Shown: positions 28,335-37,149, counted from the stretch's first letter. The stretch: DNA of 64,000 bases from Candidatus Parcubacteria bacterium (GCA_041168925.1 JBEEJY010000010.1:12430-76429); one strand, 5' to 3'. The notes: generated by a model from the letters alone, not told the origin. Made by a program: numbers and translations.

Positions 28335-28347
28335 TACACAGTGTACA
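28335..28347. promoter_or_regulatory. Palindromic operator candidate for the MazF TA operon
   Basis: gtacac-a-gtgtac immediately upstream of the antitoxin ATG. Confidence 0.5.
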
Positions 28348-28363
28348 AACCCGGCTTATGGTG

Positions 28364-29182
28364 TCAAGTTGCGGGAAGCTCGACGATGAATTTCGCGCCC
28401 TTGCCTTGCCCATCGGACTCCGCACGGATCGTGCCGTTGTGATTTTCCACCACCTGCTTCGCGATAAATAGCCCGTACCCGGTCGAATGAACGTTGACCT
28501 TGATCGAATCCTTGCCGTGCCCGCCTTCGGTAAAAAGGCGTGCCATGTCTTCTTCGGTAATACCGACTCCTGTGTCCTCCACGCGAAAAACGATAGTCTT
28601 TTCTCTTCGCGACAGTTCGACTTTTATCGAGCCGCTCGGCGTATACTTAATGGCATTGTCTATCAGATTGCGGAGGACATGCTCGCGTATTTTTTCCGCA
28701 TCGCCTTCCAGCTGGTAGTCTCCATCTTCTATATTCACGTCGAAGCCGAGCCGTTTATCATAAGCAGCAGGCCGCAGCTCGTTGATTTCATTCAAAAGCG
28801 CCGCCTTGAGGTCGAATCGCGCTTTTTTGAACGTCACCGTCCCCTTCTTCAAATTCGACGCGTCCAGGATGTCCATTACCGTCGCCACGCCTTTGCGCAT
28901 CTCCGCGAGCGCCTCGACCGCGAGCCGCTTCACGCCGTCGGGGATCGCGCCGACGTCTCCTTCCGCAATTTCGGAGAACGCCGCCTCACCTTTCGTCAGG
29001 TAACCTTTGATCTCGTGGCTGATGAAGTGCAGCAGATTTTCCTGCTGCGCGTTCGCAATCTCGAGCTCTTGTTTGAGTCGGGCGAGTTCGAGCGAGTGCT
29101 TGTAGACTATCTCGTTGGCGGCCTTCAGCTCCGCCTCATAATCCTCGTGCGTCTTATCGGCTTGCCCGCCGGCATCGGCCAT
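28364..29182 (-). CDS. Soluble histidine kinase (HisKA + HATPase_c) without a sensor domain
   Basis: ISHEIK, NLIDNAIKYT, DTGVGI, STGYGLFI; no TM segment. Confidence 0.9.
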   Translation of the reverse strand: MADAGGQADKTHEDYEAELKAANEIVYKHSLELARLKQELEIANAQQENLLHFISHEIKGYLTKGEAAFSEIAEGDVGAIPDGVKRLAVEALAEMRKGVATVMDILDASNLKKGTVTFKKARFDLKAALLNEINELRPAAYDKRLGFDVNIEDGDYQLEGDAEKIREHVLRNLIDNAIKYTPSGSIKVELSRREKTIVFRVEDTGVGITEEDMARLFTEGGHGKDSIKVNVHSTGYGLFIAKQVVENHNGTIRAESDGQGKGAKFIVELPAT

Positions 29183-29191
29183 ACGGGATAT

Positions 29192-29443
29192 TTATGCTTT
29201 TAGAGCAATGCCGGCTTTCTGCGCGATCTGCTTGATCCACCGTTCGTGTCTGCTAATCTGCCCACTTATCGCAGCATACCCCAACAGCAGTTTGTCAACG
29301 GTACTGGCGAGTTTATCGAACCCTAGCATGAGGTCATGAATTGACTTCTTGATCTCGACAAGTTCTTCTCGAACTATTTTTCTGACACCTTCCTTCGTCG
29401 GAAAGAGGTGCATCAACTTATCGATGTCTTTATTCGTCAGCAT
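29192..29443 (-). CDS. Small coiled-coil hypothetical protein
   Basis: MLT.KDI...FPTKE...HERWIKQIAQKAGI; TATACT 6 nt before the ATG. Confidence 0.7.
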   Translation of the reverse strand: MLTNKDIDKLMHLFPTKEGVRKIVREELVEIKKSIHDLMLGFDKLASTVDKLLLGYAAISGQISRHERWIKQIAQKAGIALKA

Positions 29444-29584
29444 GCCGCCAGTATACCATTTCCCTATACCGCGCGCAGGCTTGAAGGAATCTCGGCGGGA
29501 GAAAGACCCGCGAGAAACGGTGCCGCCGCCTCCCTGCAGACCTCGTGCGAAGCTCGGCCGAACAGCCGCTCATACTGCGCGACG
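29441..29584 (-). repeat. Diverged duplicate of the 3' end and downstream promoter of gene 30124..31281 (direct repeat with 30101..30244)
   Basis: First 49 nt identical, next 95 nt 73/95 identical; encodes orphan VAQYERLFGRASHEVCREAAAPFLAGLSPAEIPSSLRAV*. Confidence 0.92.
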
Positions 29585-29591
29585 CAGCGTA

Positions 29592-29879
29592 CTAGTGATC
29601 TTCTGACCATGGCCCTCGCCGTTCATCGCGGATGTGCAGTATCTGAACTTCCGTACGGTCAACCTGATAGTAGACGTGGTAAGGATACGGGGCGATATGA
29701 AGTTCGTGCACTCCTTTTTCTTCCGTTTGAGGCGCTACTAGAGGAAATTCCGAAAGCAACGCGATGCGGTGTTCGATGGTTTTTTTCACTCCACGAGCCG
29801 CCTGCGGCGCAGGCTGATCTATGTAACGATAGATCGCCTCAAGATCACGCCGCGCCCGCGGCGTGTATCGCACTCTCAT
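29592..29879 (-). CDS. RelE/ParE-family toxin
   Basis: MRVRYTPRARRDLEAIYRYI, YPYHVYY, VQILHIR. Confidence 0.88.
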   Translation of the reverse strand: MRVRYTPRARRDLEAIYRYIDQPAPQAARGVKKTIEHRIALLSEFPLVAPQTEEKGVHELHIAPYPYHVYYQVDRTEVQILHIRDERRGPWSEDH

Positions 29880-30103
29880 ACTCCATGGCGTTTGAAGAAA
29901 GCATTCATGCTTTTATCACTTACAAATTGACCGCGCCTCGCTTGCGCCAATCCCTCGCGTATTGCTGCACGAGTCTCGGCGTCGAGAGGTATCGGGGCTT
30001 TTTGCCTCGATGCTATCGAAAAGAGTATCGCCGCTGCCTCGTTTTGGTCGTCCGCTGATAATCTCTTAGCCCTAGCGATTGCCCGCTCTAATAGCTTGGT
30101 CAT
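29876..30103 (-). CDS. Antitoxin partner of the RelE/ParE toxin
   Basis: MTKLLERAI...DQNEAA...AAIREGLAQARRGQFVSD; ATGA overlap with the toxin. Confidence 0.8.
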   Translation of the reverse strand: MTKLLERAIARAKRLSADDQNEAAAILFSIASRQKAPIPLDAETRAAIREGLAQARRGQFVSDKSMNAFFKRHGV

Positions 30104-30123
30104 GCCGCCAGTATACCATTTCC

Positions 30124-31281
30124 CTATACCGCGCGCAGGCTTGAAGGAACTTCATCAGGAGAAAGGCTTGCGATGAGAGGTGCCGCGGCTTCTCTGCACA
30201 CCTCATGCGAGGCTCGGCCGAAGAGCCGCTCGTATTGCGCAACGAGCTTGTCGAGAGCCGCCTTCGGGTCATCTGCTTGTATGACCGCAGCTTTCTGTTG
30301 CATGTTGATCGACATACCAGGCACTTTTCCTGCTTCGCTCCACGCCAGAGGGCCGATGACGAGAGATTGCTCAGTGATTATTTTAGATGCGAGTTGGTTA
30401 AAAATAGCCGAAGCCACGCTAAGAACGCCGGAAGTCTTCACTTCAGGGTAAGAGGTTTTTATTGCATTGAACGTGATCGAGAGCTGGACGAGGCTCGCCG
30501 CCATGAAGACGTACGCGAGCATGTAGAAGGTATCTGTAATGCCACCAACGACGAACGTGCCCTGATTGGCCTGATAGAGGAAGGTGAAGTCGGAAATGTA
30601 TTGCATAACGAGAGCCACGATGAATCCCATCATCGGAAAACGCATGATGCCTCCGAGGGTGCGCCAGGTCAGCAATAGCGCGAGGATGGCTGCGGAGATG
30701 TAGAGCGCATCGCCGAGCGGATATCCGAGATCAAGAAATATCTTAAGCGGCTGCGACCAATCGAATTGGTACCCGCGCAAGAATACGAAGAACGAGAGCA
30801 AGAGCATGAAGAGCGGCACCACCAAGCCCTGCGTAATGTTCTCCAGAGAGCGCAGTGCGTTGCGGGCGCCGCCAGCTTTCGCCAAAAGCAGCGCCCCGTA
30901 GACGTAGAGCGGGATGGTCGAGAAAAATCCGAGGTCGGCTATCGAAGGATAGGGTAGCTCGCCACCGGTAATAGTGTAGTAACTCGATATGCATTGTCCG
31001 AAGAGTTCGCCGCACAATCCGAGTGCAAAGGCAATGCTGGCGCGACCGATGACACTATTCCACCCGCCCCACAAGCGGCTATAGAAAAGTCCGCACACAA
31101 CACCAACAAGTGCAAGCATCTGGTAGGAAGCGCCCCATATCTCGATGTCAAGGTCGAGATTAGGGAAGTTCGCGGAGAAGAAAAGGAGTACGAGCCGCCA
31201 CGCAACGACTACGGCGAAGAGACCAACGAGAAGAAGGCCTGCCGTGCTCTTCAGAAATTGCCCTACGGTCGAGTCGAACAT
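30124..31281 (-). CDS. Multi-pass membrane sensor-like protein with small cytoplasmic C-terminal domain
   Basis: About 8 TM helices with PYPSIADLGF and LGYPLGD motifs; C-terminal IITEQSLVIGPLAWSEA domain. Confidence 0.7.
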   Translation of the reverse strand: MFDSTVGQFLKSTAGLLLVGLFAVVVAWRLVLLFFSANFPNLDLDIEIWGASYQMLALVGVVCGLFYSRLWGGWNSVIGRASIAFALGLCGELFGQCISSYYTITGGELPYPSIADLGFFSTIPLYVYGALLLAKAGGARNALRSLENITQGLVVPLFMLLLSFFVFLRGYQFDWSQPLKIFLDLGYPLGDALYISAAILALLLTWRTLGGIMRFPMMGFIVALVMQYISDFTFLYQANQGTFVVGGITDTFYMLAYVFMAASLVQLSITFNAIKTSYPEVKTSGVLSVASAIFNQLASKIITEQSLVIGPLAWSEAGKVPGMSINMQQKAAVIQADDPKAALDKLVAQYERLFGRASHEVCREAAAPLIASLSPDEVPSSLRAV

Positions 31282-31343
31282 ACTCTTGTCAGTGCATTAT
31301 GGTGCGTCTCTCCGGAGGGTCAAGCACAGGGAGCGCACAAGGA

Positions 31344-32201
31344 TCACTTTACGTGGACTTGAAAATTCTGGTATCCGTGTCCAAATTTGTAGCGTACTCG
31401 AACCTCGATCTCCTCCCCCTTCGAGACCTTGCGCTCCGGCAACGGGATAGCGACAGGCGCGTTGACGGATATGGTGCTTTCAAGAAAACGTTCGCTGCCT
31501 ACCGCAGCGCGGCTCGAGAGCCAAAGCGCGTTCATGACCCCGCCCTGTACTACCTTGAGGCGGATCGCGCGGTCGAAGAGCTCCTCGTTGTTCTTATTGA
31601 AATGAATGTGATTGAGCGACACCGTCTCGGTAAGTTCAGCGACCTTGATGTTCTTAAATATCTTCCAGACGTGCAGTATCATTTTCATATGCAATCCGAA
31701 AAGATTGAAGTCCGCGTTCACGAGTGAAATAGATGTCTCTTGGCTTCCCGGTAGAAAAACAGTGTCGGCGCGAACGGCTCCTTGAGCGAGTAGATTATTG
31801 GCAGCTTGCACCTGCATTTCATCCACCATGCCAGAGCTCAACATCTCCATCGTGACAATGTCGAATCTCATCGAAGGATCGAACCGATGCGTGCGTGCGT
31901 CGCCTACAAGCAATTCTATCTTGTCTTCGAAACCATTGTTCTTGAAATTTTCTTTCGCGATGCCCGCGACGAAAGGGTCGAACTCAAGCGCCACGACCTT
32001 TTTGGCACCTGCGCGCGCCGCAAGCAAGGCCAGAATGCCTGAACCGGTGCCGACATCAAGTACAGTGTGTTCCGGGCGCACGACATCGCGTATCGCGGTC
32101 TCGAACACCTCTGCTTTCTCCGGGTCAAAGAGACATTGACCGACGAAGTCGATGGAACTGAAGGCCTTGTCTTCCATCGGCAACATGCCATCGTTCTTCA
32201 T
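31344..32201 (-). CDS. SAM-dependent methyltransferase, protein-arginine-methyltransferase-like
   Basis: VLDVGTGSGILALLAARAGAKKVVALE, FDIVTMEMLSSGMVDE, beta-rich C-terminal half. Confidence 0.78.
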   Translation of the reverse strand: MKNDGMLPMEDKAFSSIDFVGQCLFDPEKAEVFETAIRDVVRPEHTVLDVGTGSGILALLAARAGAKKVVALEFDPFVAGIAKENFKNNGFEDKIELLVGDARTHRFDPSMRFDIVTMEMLSSGMVDEMQVQAANNLLAQGAVRADTVFLPGSQETSISLVNADFNLFGLHMKMILHVWKIFKNIKVAELTETVSLNHIHFNKNNEELFDRAIRLKVVQGGVMNALWLSSRAAVGSERFLESTISVNAPVAIPLPERKVSKGEEIEVRVRYKFGHGYQNFQVHVK

Positions 32202-32216
32202 ACTGAAAAGTATAAC

Positions 32217-33125
32217 TCACGAGAGGCTCACTTTATATTTTTTCAAGAACTCCATCGGCCGGTACGCTAATTTTGAGCGGCGCAGGCCCTCCACGCCGAG
32301 ATCCTGCTCAAAATTGATGTAGACGACACCCAACACCTCAAGATGCTTTGATTTCTCTTGTATAAGAAAATCGTATATGCCCTTGTACCGTACGTCGCCC
32401 TTTTGAAAGTGGCTAATACCGTATTGGTCTTGAAGTACCTCATCGATACTGAAAGCCCGAACAGCATTCCCTTCGAATACTGCAGTCACCACGAGCTTGT
32501 GCGTACCGGCGGTCTCGAAAAGCCGCCCGACCGCAGCTTCTTCATGTGCAAGTTCGTACGTTTTGTTCGCACCGATCTTATTGCTTTCCCAGGTACGAAT
32601 GACCCCGACGAGGCTGTGCTGCACCCCCCTGTCGGCGAGATCTGCAACCTCAGCGCGAGCGCTTGGATACTCGCGCGTGAAAGTATTCACGAAATTGCGG
32701 CTCCTCTTGAAATCTCCACCGAGGAATCTCGCATGCTCCGAGACTTTATAGAGATAATCAAAGTTGTCGCGGTCTTCTTCGACACGCAGCACGGAAGAGC
32801 GTATATCTTTAATCGAAATTTCGGGCATCAATTTCAACGTCGTCGGAAAACGCTCCGTCTTGCAGTAGTCGATGAGGACTCGCGCGGTACGCTCTGTTTC
32901 AACTTCGCCCAAGAACGAAAGGAACGTTTCGCCCGTGCTGTAATCCGTAAATCGCACGACCAAGTTGTGGTTGAGCTCGGAAATCATCCGTTTGCCGCTC
33001 GTATCCCATGCCCAGAGCGAGGTGAAATTGAAGTCGGAATACGGCGGATAGCGGTGCGTATGCACTTCGACCGACTCGCGGTCGGACACATCGACGACCT
33101 TGAACTCGGGAAATTGCGGTATCAT
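32217..33125 (-). CDS. DUF2156 / aminoacyl-phosphatidylglycerol synthase C-terminal-like GNAT protein
   Basis: SDFNFTSLWAW, EDRDNFDYLY, HFQKGD..YKGIY, YINFEQDLGVEGLRRSKLAYRP. Confidence 0.82.
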   Translation of the reverse strand: MIPQFPEFKVVDVSDRESVEVHTHRYPPYSDFNFTSLWAWDTSGKRMISELNHNLVVRFTDYSTGETFLSFLGEVETERTARVLIDYCKTERFPTTLKLMPEISIKDIRSSVLRVEEDRDNFDYLYKVSEHARFLGGDFKRSRNFVNTFTREYPSARAEVADLADRGVQHSLVGVIRTWESNKIGANKTYELAHEEAAVGRLFETAGTHKLVVTAVFEGNAVRAFSIDEVLQDQYGISHFQKGDVRYKGIYDFLIQEKSKHLEVLGVVYINFEQDLGVEGLRRSKLAYRPMEFLKKYKVSLS

Positions 33126-33697
33126 GCGCGCTTGCCGCGGACAATGAAATACGCGATGGCGGTATTCGCAATGAAAAGATACAAAGGATACAACGCTACA
33201 GCGAAGACCCATTGATCTATCGCGAAAACGTTGAGCAGACTTGCCGAAGCGGCGAAAAACCACGCGCTTTTGCTCTCGGTCGAAGGGCGCTGATACGATT
33301 TGTATATCGTCGGAAGAAGCGCAATGAAATCGACGGCGATGTTCATGTATAGAGCAAGAATCGGCGAGTTGAAAAACCACCACACGAGCCCTGCAAGCAA
33401 TGCTCCTAAAACCGATACACGATCGAGCAAACTCAGCGTGACGGGACCATCGCCGTACTTGATGGAGAGCACACCGGTGATGACGAAGCACAGCGTGTAA
33501 ACGAGCGGGAGCCACATCGTGGCTCGAGCACCCGACGCGTAATAGCTCGCGGTAAGCATGCCGGTCACTACGGCGAGTATCCACCACGTGACTCTATCCG
33601 GCTTCGTGTTACGATTGAGAATGCTTACGATGTATACTGCACAAGACGCGAACTCGAGTAATCCGGCAGCTATCCCAAAAAAAGCTTGAAGGGTCAC
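33122..33697 (-). CDS. PQ-loop/SemiSWEET-like membrane protein
   Basis: GTG start overlapping the speD-like stop; YIVSIL..TKP..VTW and ALLPTIYKSY..P.TES...W; about 6-7 TM helices. Confidence 0.65.
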   Translation of the reverse strand: MTLQAFFGIAAGLLEFASCAVYIVSILNRNTKPDRVTWWILAVVTGMLTASYYASGARATMWLPLVYTLCFVITGVLSIKYGDGPVTLSLLDRVSVLGALLAGLVWWFFNSPILALYMNIAVDFIALLPTIYKSYQRPSTESKSAWFFAASASLLNVFAIDQWVFAVALYPLYLFIANTAIAYFIVRGKRA

Positions 33698-34095
33698 ACG
33701 ATATTGCGCTCGGGATATTTGAGGCCGCGTTCGACGAGTGTCATTTCGACGTCGTCGAGTTTGAATTTCTTTTTTAAGAAATCGACAAAAAAATTCGCGT
33801 CGATGCCGTTCTTGCAGGTGTAGATGTCGGCCGTTAGGAATTTGCGCTTCGGGAAGGTGTGGATGCTTATGTGGCTTTCGGCGATGACGACGAAGCCGCT
33901 CCAGCCGCCGGGGTCCTTCATGTGGTTGTCCGGCGCGCGGTAGACCTGCGGCTTCCCGAGCCGGTACATTTTCATTAGGTCGCACAACTCGTCGAGGCAG
34001 CCGCGAACCAACTTCCTGTCATCGAGTAATACAGGACTTCCTCCGTAGCCGTCCACCATCACATGCTCACCGAAATGCATTGCCATAGTTGACAT
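33694..34095 (-). CDS. speD: Pyruvoyl-dependent S-adenosylmethionine decarboxylase proenzyme family (class 1b)
   Basis: GEH..VDGY, GWSGFVVIAESHISIHTFP (ESH self-cleavage site), DIYTC. Confidence 0.88.
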   Translation of the reverse strand: MSTMAMHFGEHVMVDGYGGSPVLLDDRKLVRGCLDELCDLMKMYRLGKPQVYRAPDNHMKDPGGWSGFVVIAESHISIHTFPKRKFLTADIYTCKNGIDANFFVDFLKKKFKLDDVEMTLVERGLKYPERNIV

Positions 34096-34224
34096 ATCTG
34101 TATCACGCATTGGATAGTATGTCCATTCGGTTGTCCCCATCGAGATTGACAAGATGCTGCGTGGATTGTACTTTGATAGTGGTCAATAGGCCACGAAATT
34201 CAACGCGAGAGAAAGGAAAGCGCG

Positions 34225-35355
34225 ATGAGAATCGTCTTCTTTGTCACCATCGTAATGGGTGCGTTGCTTTATGCCATGCCCTCGTTCGGCGATGATATCG
34301 CCGACTGCAACAGCAGAGCGCCGGATCGCGTGGTGCGCGGGTGTACGCGCATCATCACGCAAAGAGTCGCCTCGAATGTCGAGTTGAGCAAAGCTTACGT
34401 CAGCAGAGGCAACGCCTACGTCCAGATGAAGAAGGTGGGCGAGGCAAGGGCGGACTTCCTGACCGCGACCAGGCAAAATCCGAAAAACGCCTTTGCTTGG
34501 TATCTGCTCGGATGGGTGGATATCGACCGCGACAACACCGCCGCCGTCGCCAACCTGACAAAGGCAATCGAATTGGAACCGAGCAACGCGTACTATCGCC
34601 TCGACCTCGGCGTCGTTCATGCCCGCCAAGGGCGTACCGATCTCGCCATCCAGCAGTACACGCGGGCTATCTCGCTCAACCCCGCGTATGCGCTCGCCTA
34701 CTACAATCGCGGCTTGGCATACGCCATGCTCGACAACTACAGTTCCGCCGTTAGCGACCTTACGGAAGCTATCGGCAGAAATCCGCAGTTCGCGCGCGCC
34801 TACGTGTTCCGGGCGAAATACAACGTCAAGCTCGGCAACTTCAACCTTGCGCTGCCCGACCTCAACGAAGCGATCAGGCTGGATCCGGTCAACGATGATG
34901 CGTATTTCCAGCGAGGACGCGTCCATTCTATTTTCAGCCGGCACGATCTCGCCATCGCGGACTACACGAAGAGTATCGAACTGTTCCCGGATGGATCCGG
35001 CGCCTACAGCAACAGGGGTATCGCCCACATCAAAAAGGGTGAATATGATCTGGCGCTGCTGGATCTCGACAAATCGCTCGCCATTGATCCCAATAATGCG
35101 TTCTCGCGGTACAATCGCGCGATTGTGTACGCTATCAAGCGCAACTACCGCATCGCATTAAGCGACATCAACGACGCGATCAACCTCCGTCCCGAGCATG
35201 CGAGCCAGGTGTACGTACGCAGCATCATACGATCGGCGCTCGGCGATTCTTCGGGAAGCGAGGGCGATCGAGCGCACGCCATGCAACTCGATCCGAAGCT
35301 TGGCGAGGCAGTCGGAAAAGAAGCCAGCCCGATAGACTATTTCGCCAAACGCTGA
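34225..35355 (+). CDS. Secreted TPR-repeat protein
   Basis: Signal peptide, C...GCT cap, about 8 repeats AYxNRG...A..D...AI.L.P. Confidence 0.88.
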   Translation: MRIVFFVTIVMGALLYAMPSFGDDIADCNSRAPDRVVRGCTRIITQRVASNVELSKAYVSRGNAYVQMKKVGEARADFLTATRQNPKNAFAWYLLGWVDIDRDNTAAVANLTKAIELEPSNAYYRLDLGVVHARQGRTDLAIQQYTRAISLNPAYALAYYNRGLAYAMLDNYSSAVSDLTEAIGRNPQFARAYVFRAKYNVKLGNFNLALPDLNEAIRLDPVNDDAYFQRGRVHSIFSRHDLAIADYTKSIELFPDGSGAYSNRGIAHIKKGEYDLALLDLDKSLAIDPNNAFSRYNRAIVYAIKRNYRIALSDINDAINLRPEHASQVYVRSIIRSALGDSSGSEGDRAHAMQLDPKLGEAVGKEASPIDYFAKR

Positions 35356-35382
35356 TCTCATGGCTGCTCTTTTTGACGATCA

Positions 35383-35474
35383 GAGGCCCGCGCGACTGCG
35401 CGGGCCTCAACTTTACTGCAAGAGAAAATGGCCCGGAGAAATACCTCCGGGCCGTCAGCAGCGGAATAATCCGC
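35383..35474. terminator. Three tandem hairpins between convergent genes
   Basis: gaggcccgcgc/gcgcgggcctc; ggcccggag/ctccgggcc; gcgga/tccgc. Confidence 0.55.
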
Positions 35475-35494
35475 CTCAATACCGTCCGCCAACA

Positions 35495-35821
35495 CTAACG
35501 CAGGCAGAGGAATCGCTTGATGACGCTTTCGTCTGCCGTCGCGATGTAGTATCGGGTAGTCGCGATGATGGGAACGGAGCGAGAACCGAACGCCTCGTAG
35601 AGACGCTGCCACCCGGCTTTGTCGTAGAAGTCGGAGACGACGTTTACGTACTCGTACGGGATGCCCCGTTTCTCCAGAAAACGCCGCGCGGATTTGCAGT
35701 AGGGGCACCAATTGCCACCGCCGACGACGTAGACCTTGGCATAATTGCACTCCGCGCTCGCCGCGCGCCCACTCACAAAGAGCAGTGCCGCCGTCACTAC
35801 GGCTATCACGATCGCTTTCAT
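35495..35821 (-). CDS. Exported glutaredoxin-like protein
   Basis: Signal peptide, WCPYC, SVPII; strong AAGGAGGTG Shine-Dalgarno. Confidence 0.8.
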   Translation of the reverse strand: MKAIVIAVVTAALLFVSGRAASAECNYAKVYVVGGGNWCPYCKSARRFLEKRGIPYEYVNVVSDFYDKAGWQRLYEAFGSRSVPIIATTRYYIATADESVIKRFLCLR

Positions 35822-35890
35822 GACTTCACCTCCTTCCGGTTGTCTTGAAGCGTACGTGCACAGTATCATAGAAGAATAGAAGAAAGAGAA

Positions 35891-35914
35891 TCCCCGCCGA
35901 ATCGATCGGCGGGG
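35891..35914 (-). terminator. Intrinsic terminator candidate after the protease gene
   Basis: ccccgccga/tcggcgggg hairpin followed on the minus strand by a T-rich tract. Confidence 0.5.
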
Positions 35915-35946
35915 TCGTGCTTGAACAGAGCTGATATGAAGCGCGA

Positions 35947-37044
35947 TCAGCGCATACGGGCTTTGCCCGTAGCCGACCGGCGCGCTTCATCTTGCAGTAT
36001 CTTCAGTATCTGGTATTGGGGCGACGATACGGCCTGCCACCACGCATACGGAGCAGACAAGAGAGAGGCGTGCGTGCTTGCGTACCCCGTCCATCCCGAA
36101 GTCGTGCCGACATGGAACCACTTCTTTTTCTTGGTGTTGCTCATGAGAAGCAACGGCCCTCCGCTGTCGCCTCCGACGGTAGGATTTGTGCCGTTGGAGC
36201 CAGGCCCCGCCTGCCACACCCACGGAACTCTATAAGGCGGCGGACTCGCCTGCGACCTGCTTGAGCCATCCGTCGAGACGGAAGTGCCGTTAAGATAGTC
36301 GCCGGAGATGATCGAGAGTTTCGACCATCTGCGGGTGGAATCGATCGTGCAGGTATACAGTTTCCCCGGAGTCATGCAGCCGTGTCCTCCGAAGCCGACG
36401 ACGACATTTTCAGAAAGCGTGCGATCGAATCTTTTCCAGAAGATCTTTTCGGCAGCTTCGATCGCCTCACTCGTCAGGGCCCAATCGCGCTTGTTACTCA
36501 TGGATTTGGTGATCGGGCCCATGAGATCGAGCACCGAATGCGCATAGACCTTAAGGTCGATGTAGCGTTCGGTCACGAGATAGGCGACGTCCATGGGCGC
36601 GAACTGCGCGAACATTCCGTTGAGCGCGCGTGTCTTCGCTTTTTGCGTATCGGAAGGGTCGTCTTCCTGCGGGCGAGGCATTCCGAGCCAAACCGCCAAG
36701 TAACGCGGCATCGCCGGCTCCCATGTCGCGCGAACGGCGTTCGTTGCGCTTTCAACACCGTGGCGGTCGACATATTTCACGCGCACGGCCTGCGCGAGGT
36801 TTATGGCCACGATTTCGCGGCCATTTTCCGTCCTTATGGTGGGACGCATTACGCAGTGCGCAGCCGTGACGACTAATCCGCCGTCGATGACCGAGCTGCT
36901 GCACGGCCACTGTATTCCGTCGCCGTAGTCGCTGAAGATTTGTACCACGAACGGAAAATGCCCGTCCCACGCCTCTCCTTCGAGGGCATATGCCGGGCTA
37001 GAGAATGCGAGAGCGGCAAGCATGCCGCGAACGTATCTCATCAT
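35947..37044 (-). CDS. Secreted trypsin-like (S1) serine protease
   Basis: Signal peptide, VTAAHC, DVAYL, GGDSGGPL. Confidence 0.85.
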   Translation of the reverse strand: MMRYVRGMLAALAFSSPAYALEGEAWDGHFPFVVQIFSDYGDGIQWPCSSSVIDGGLVVTAAHCVMRPTIRTENGREIVAINLAQAVRVKYVDRHGVESATNAVRATWEPAMPRYLAVWLGMPRPQEDDPSDTQKAKTRALNGMFAQFAPMDVAYLVTERYIDLKVYAHSVLDLMGPITKSMSNKRDWALTSEAIEAAEKIFWKRFDRTLSENVVVGFGGHGCMTPGKLYTCTIDSTRRWSKLSIISGDYLNGTSVSTDGSSRSQASPPPYRVPWVWQAGPGSNGTNPTVGGDSGGPLLLMSNTKKKKWFHVGTTSGWTGYASTHASLLSAPYAWWQAVSSPQYQILKILQDEARRSATGKARMR

Positions 37045-37149
37045 GTGAAAGATCCTCTTTCCCTGCGGCACACCATTGTGCCGCTCGCACCACGATTCAC
37101 TGTACACGAAACACGCTCGCAACTCTAGCTTCCAAAAGAGAGCAGCGCT

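Noticed and set aside
29441-30244. DGR template/variable repeat pair
   Set aside because: Differences are mostly synonymous and not adenine-specific; no reverse transcriptase in the window
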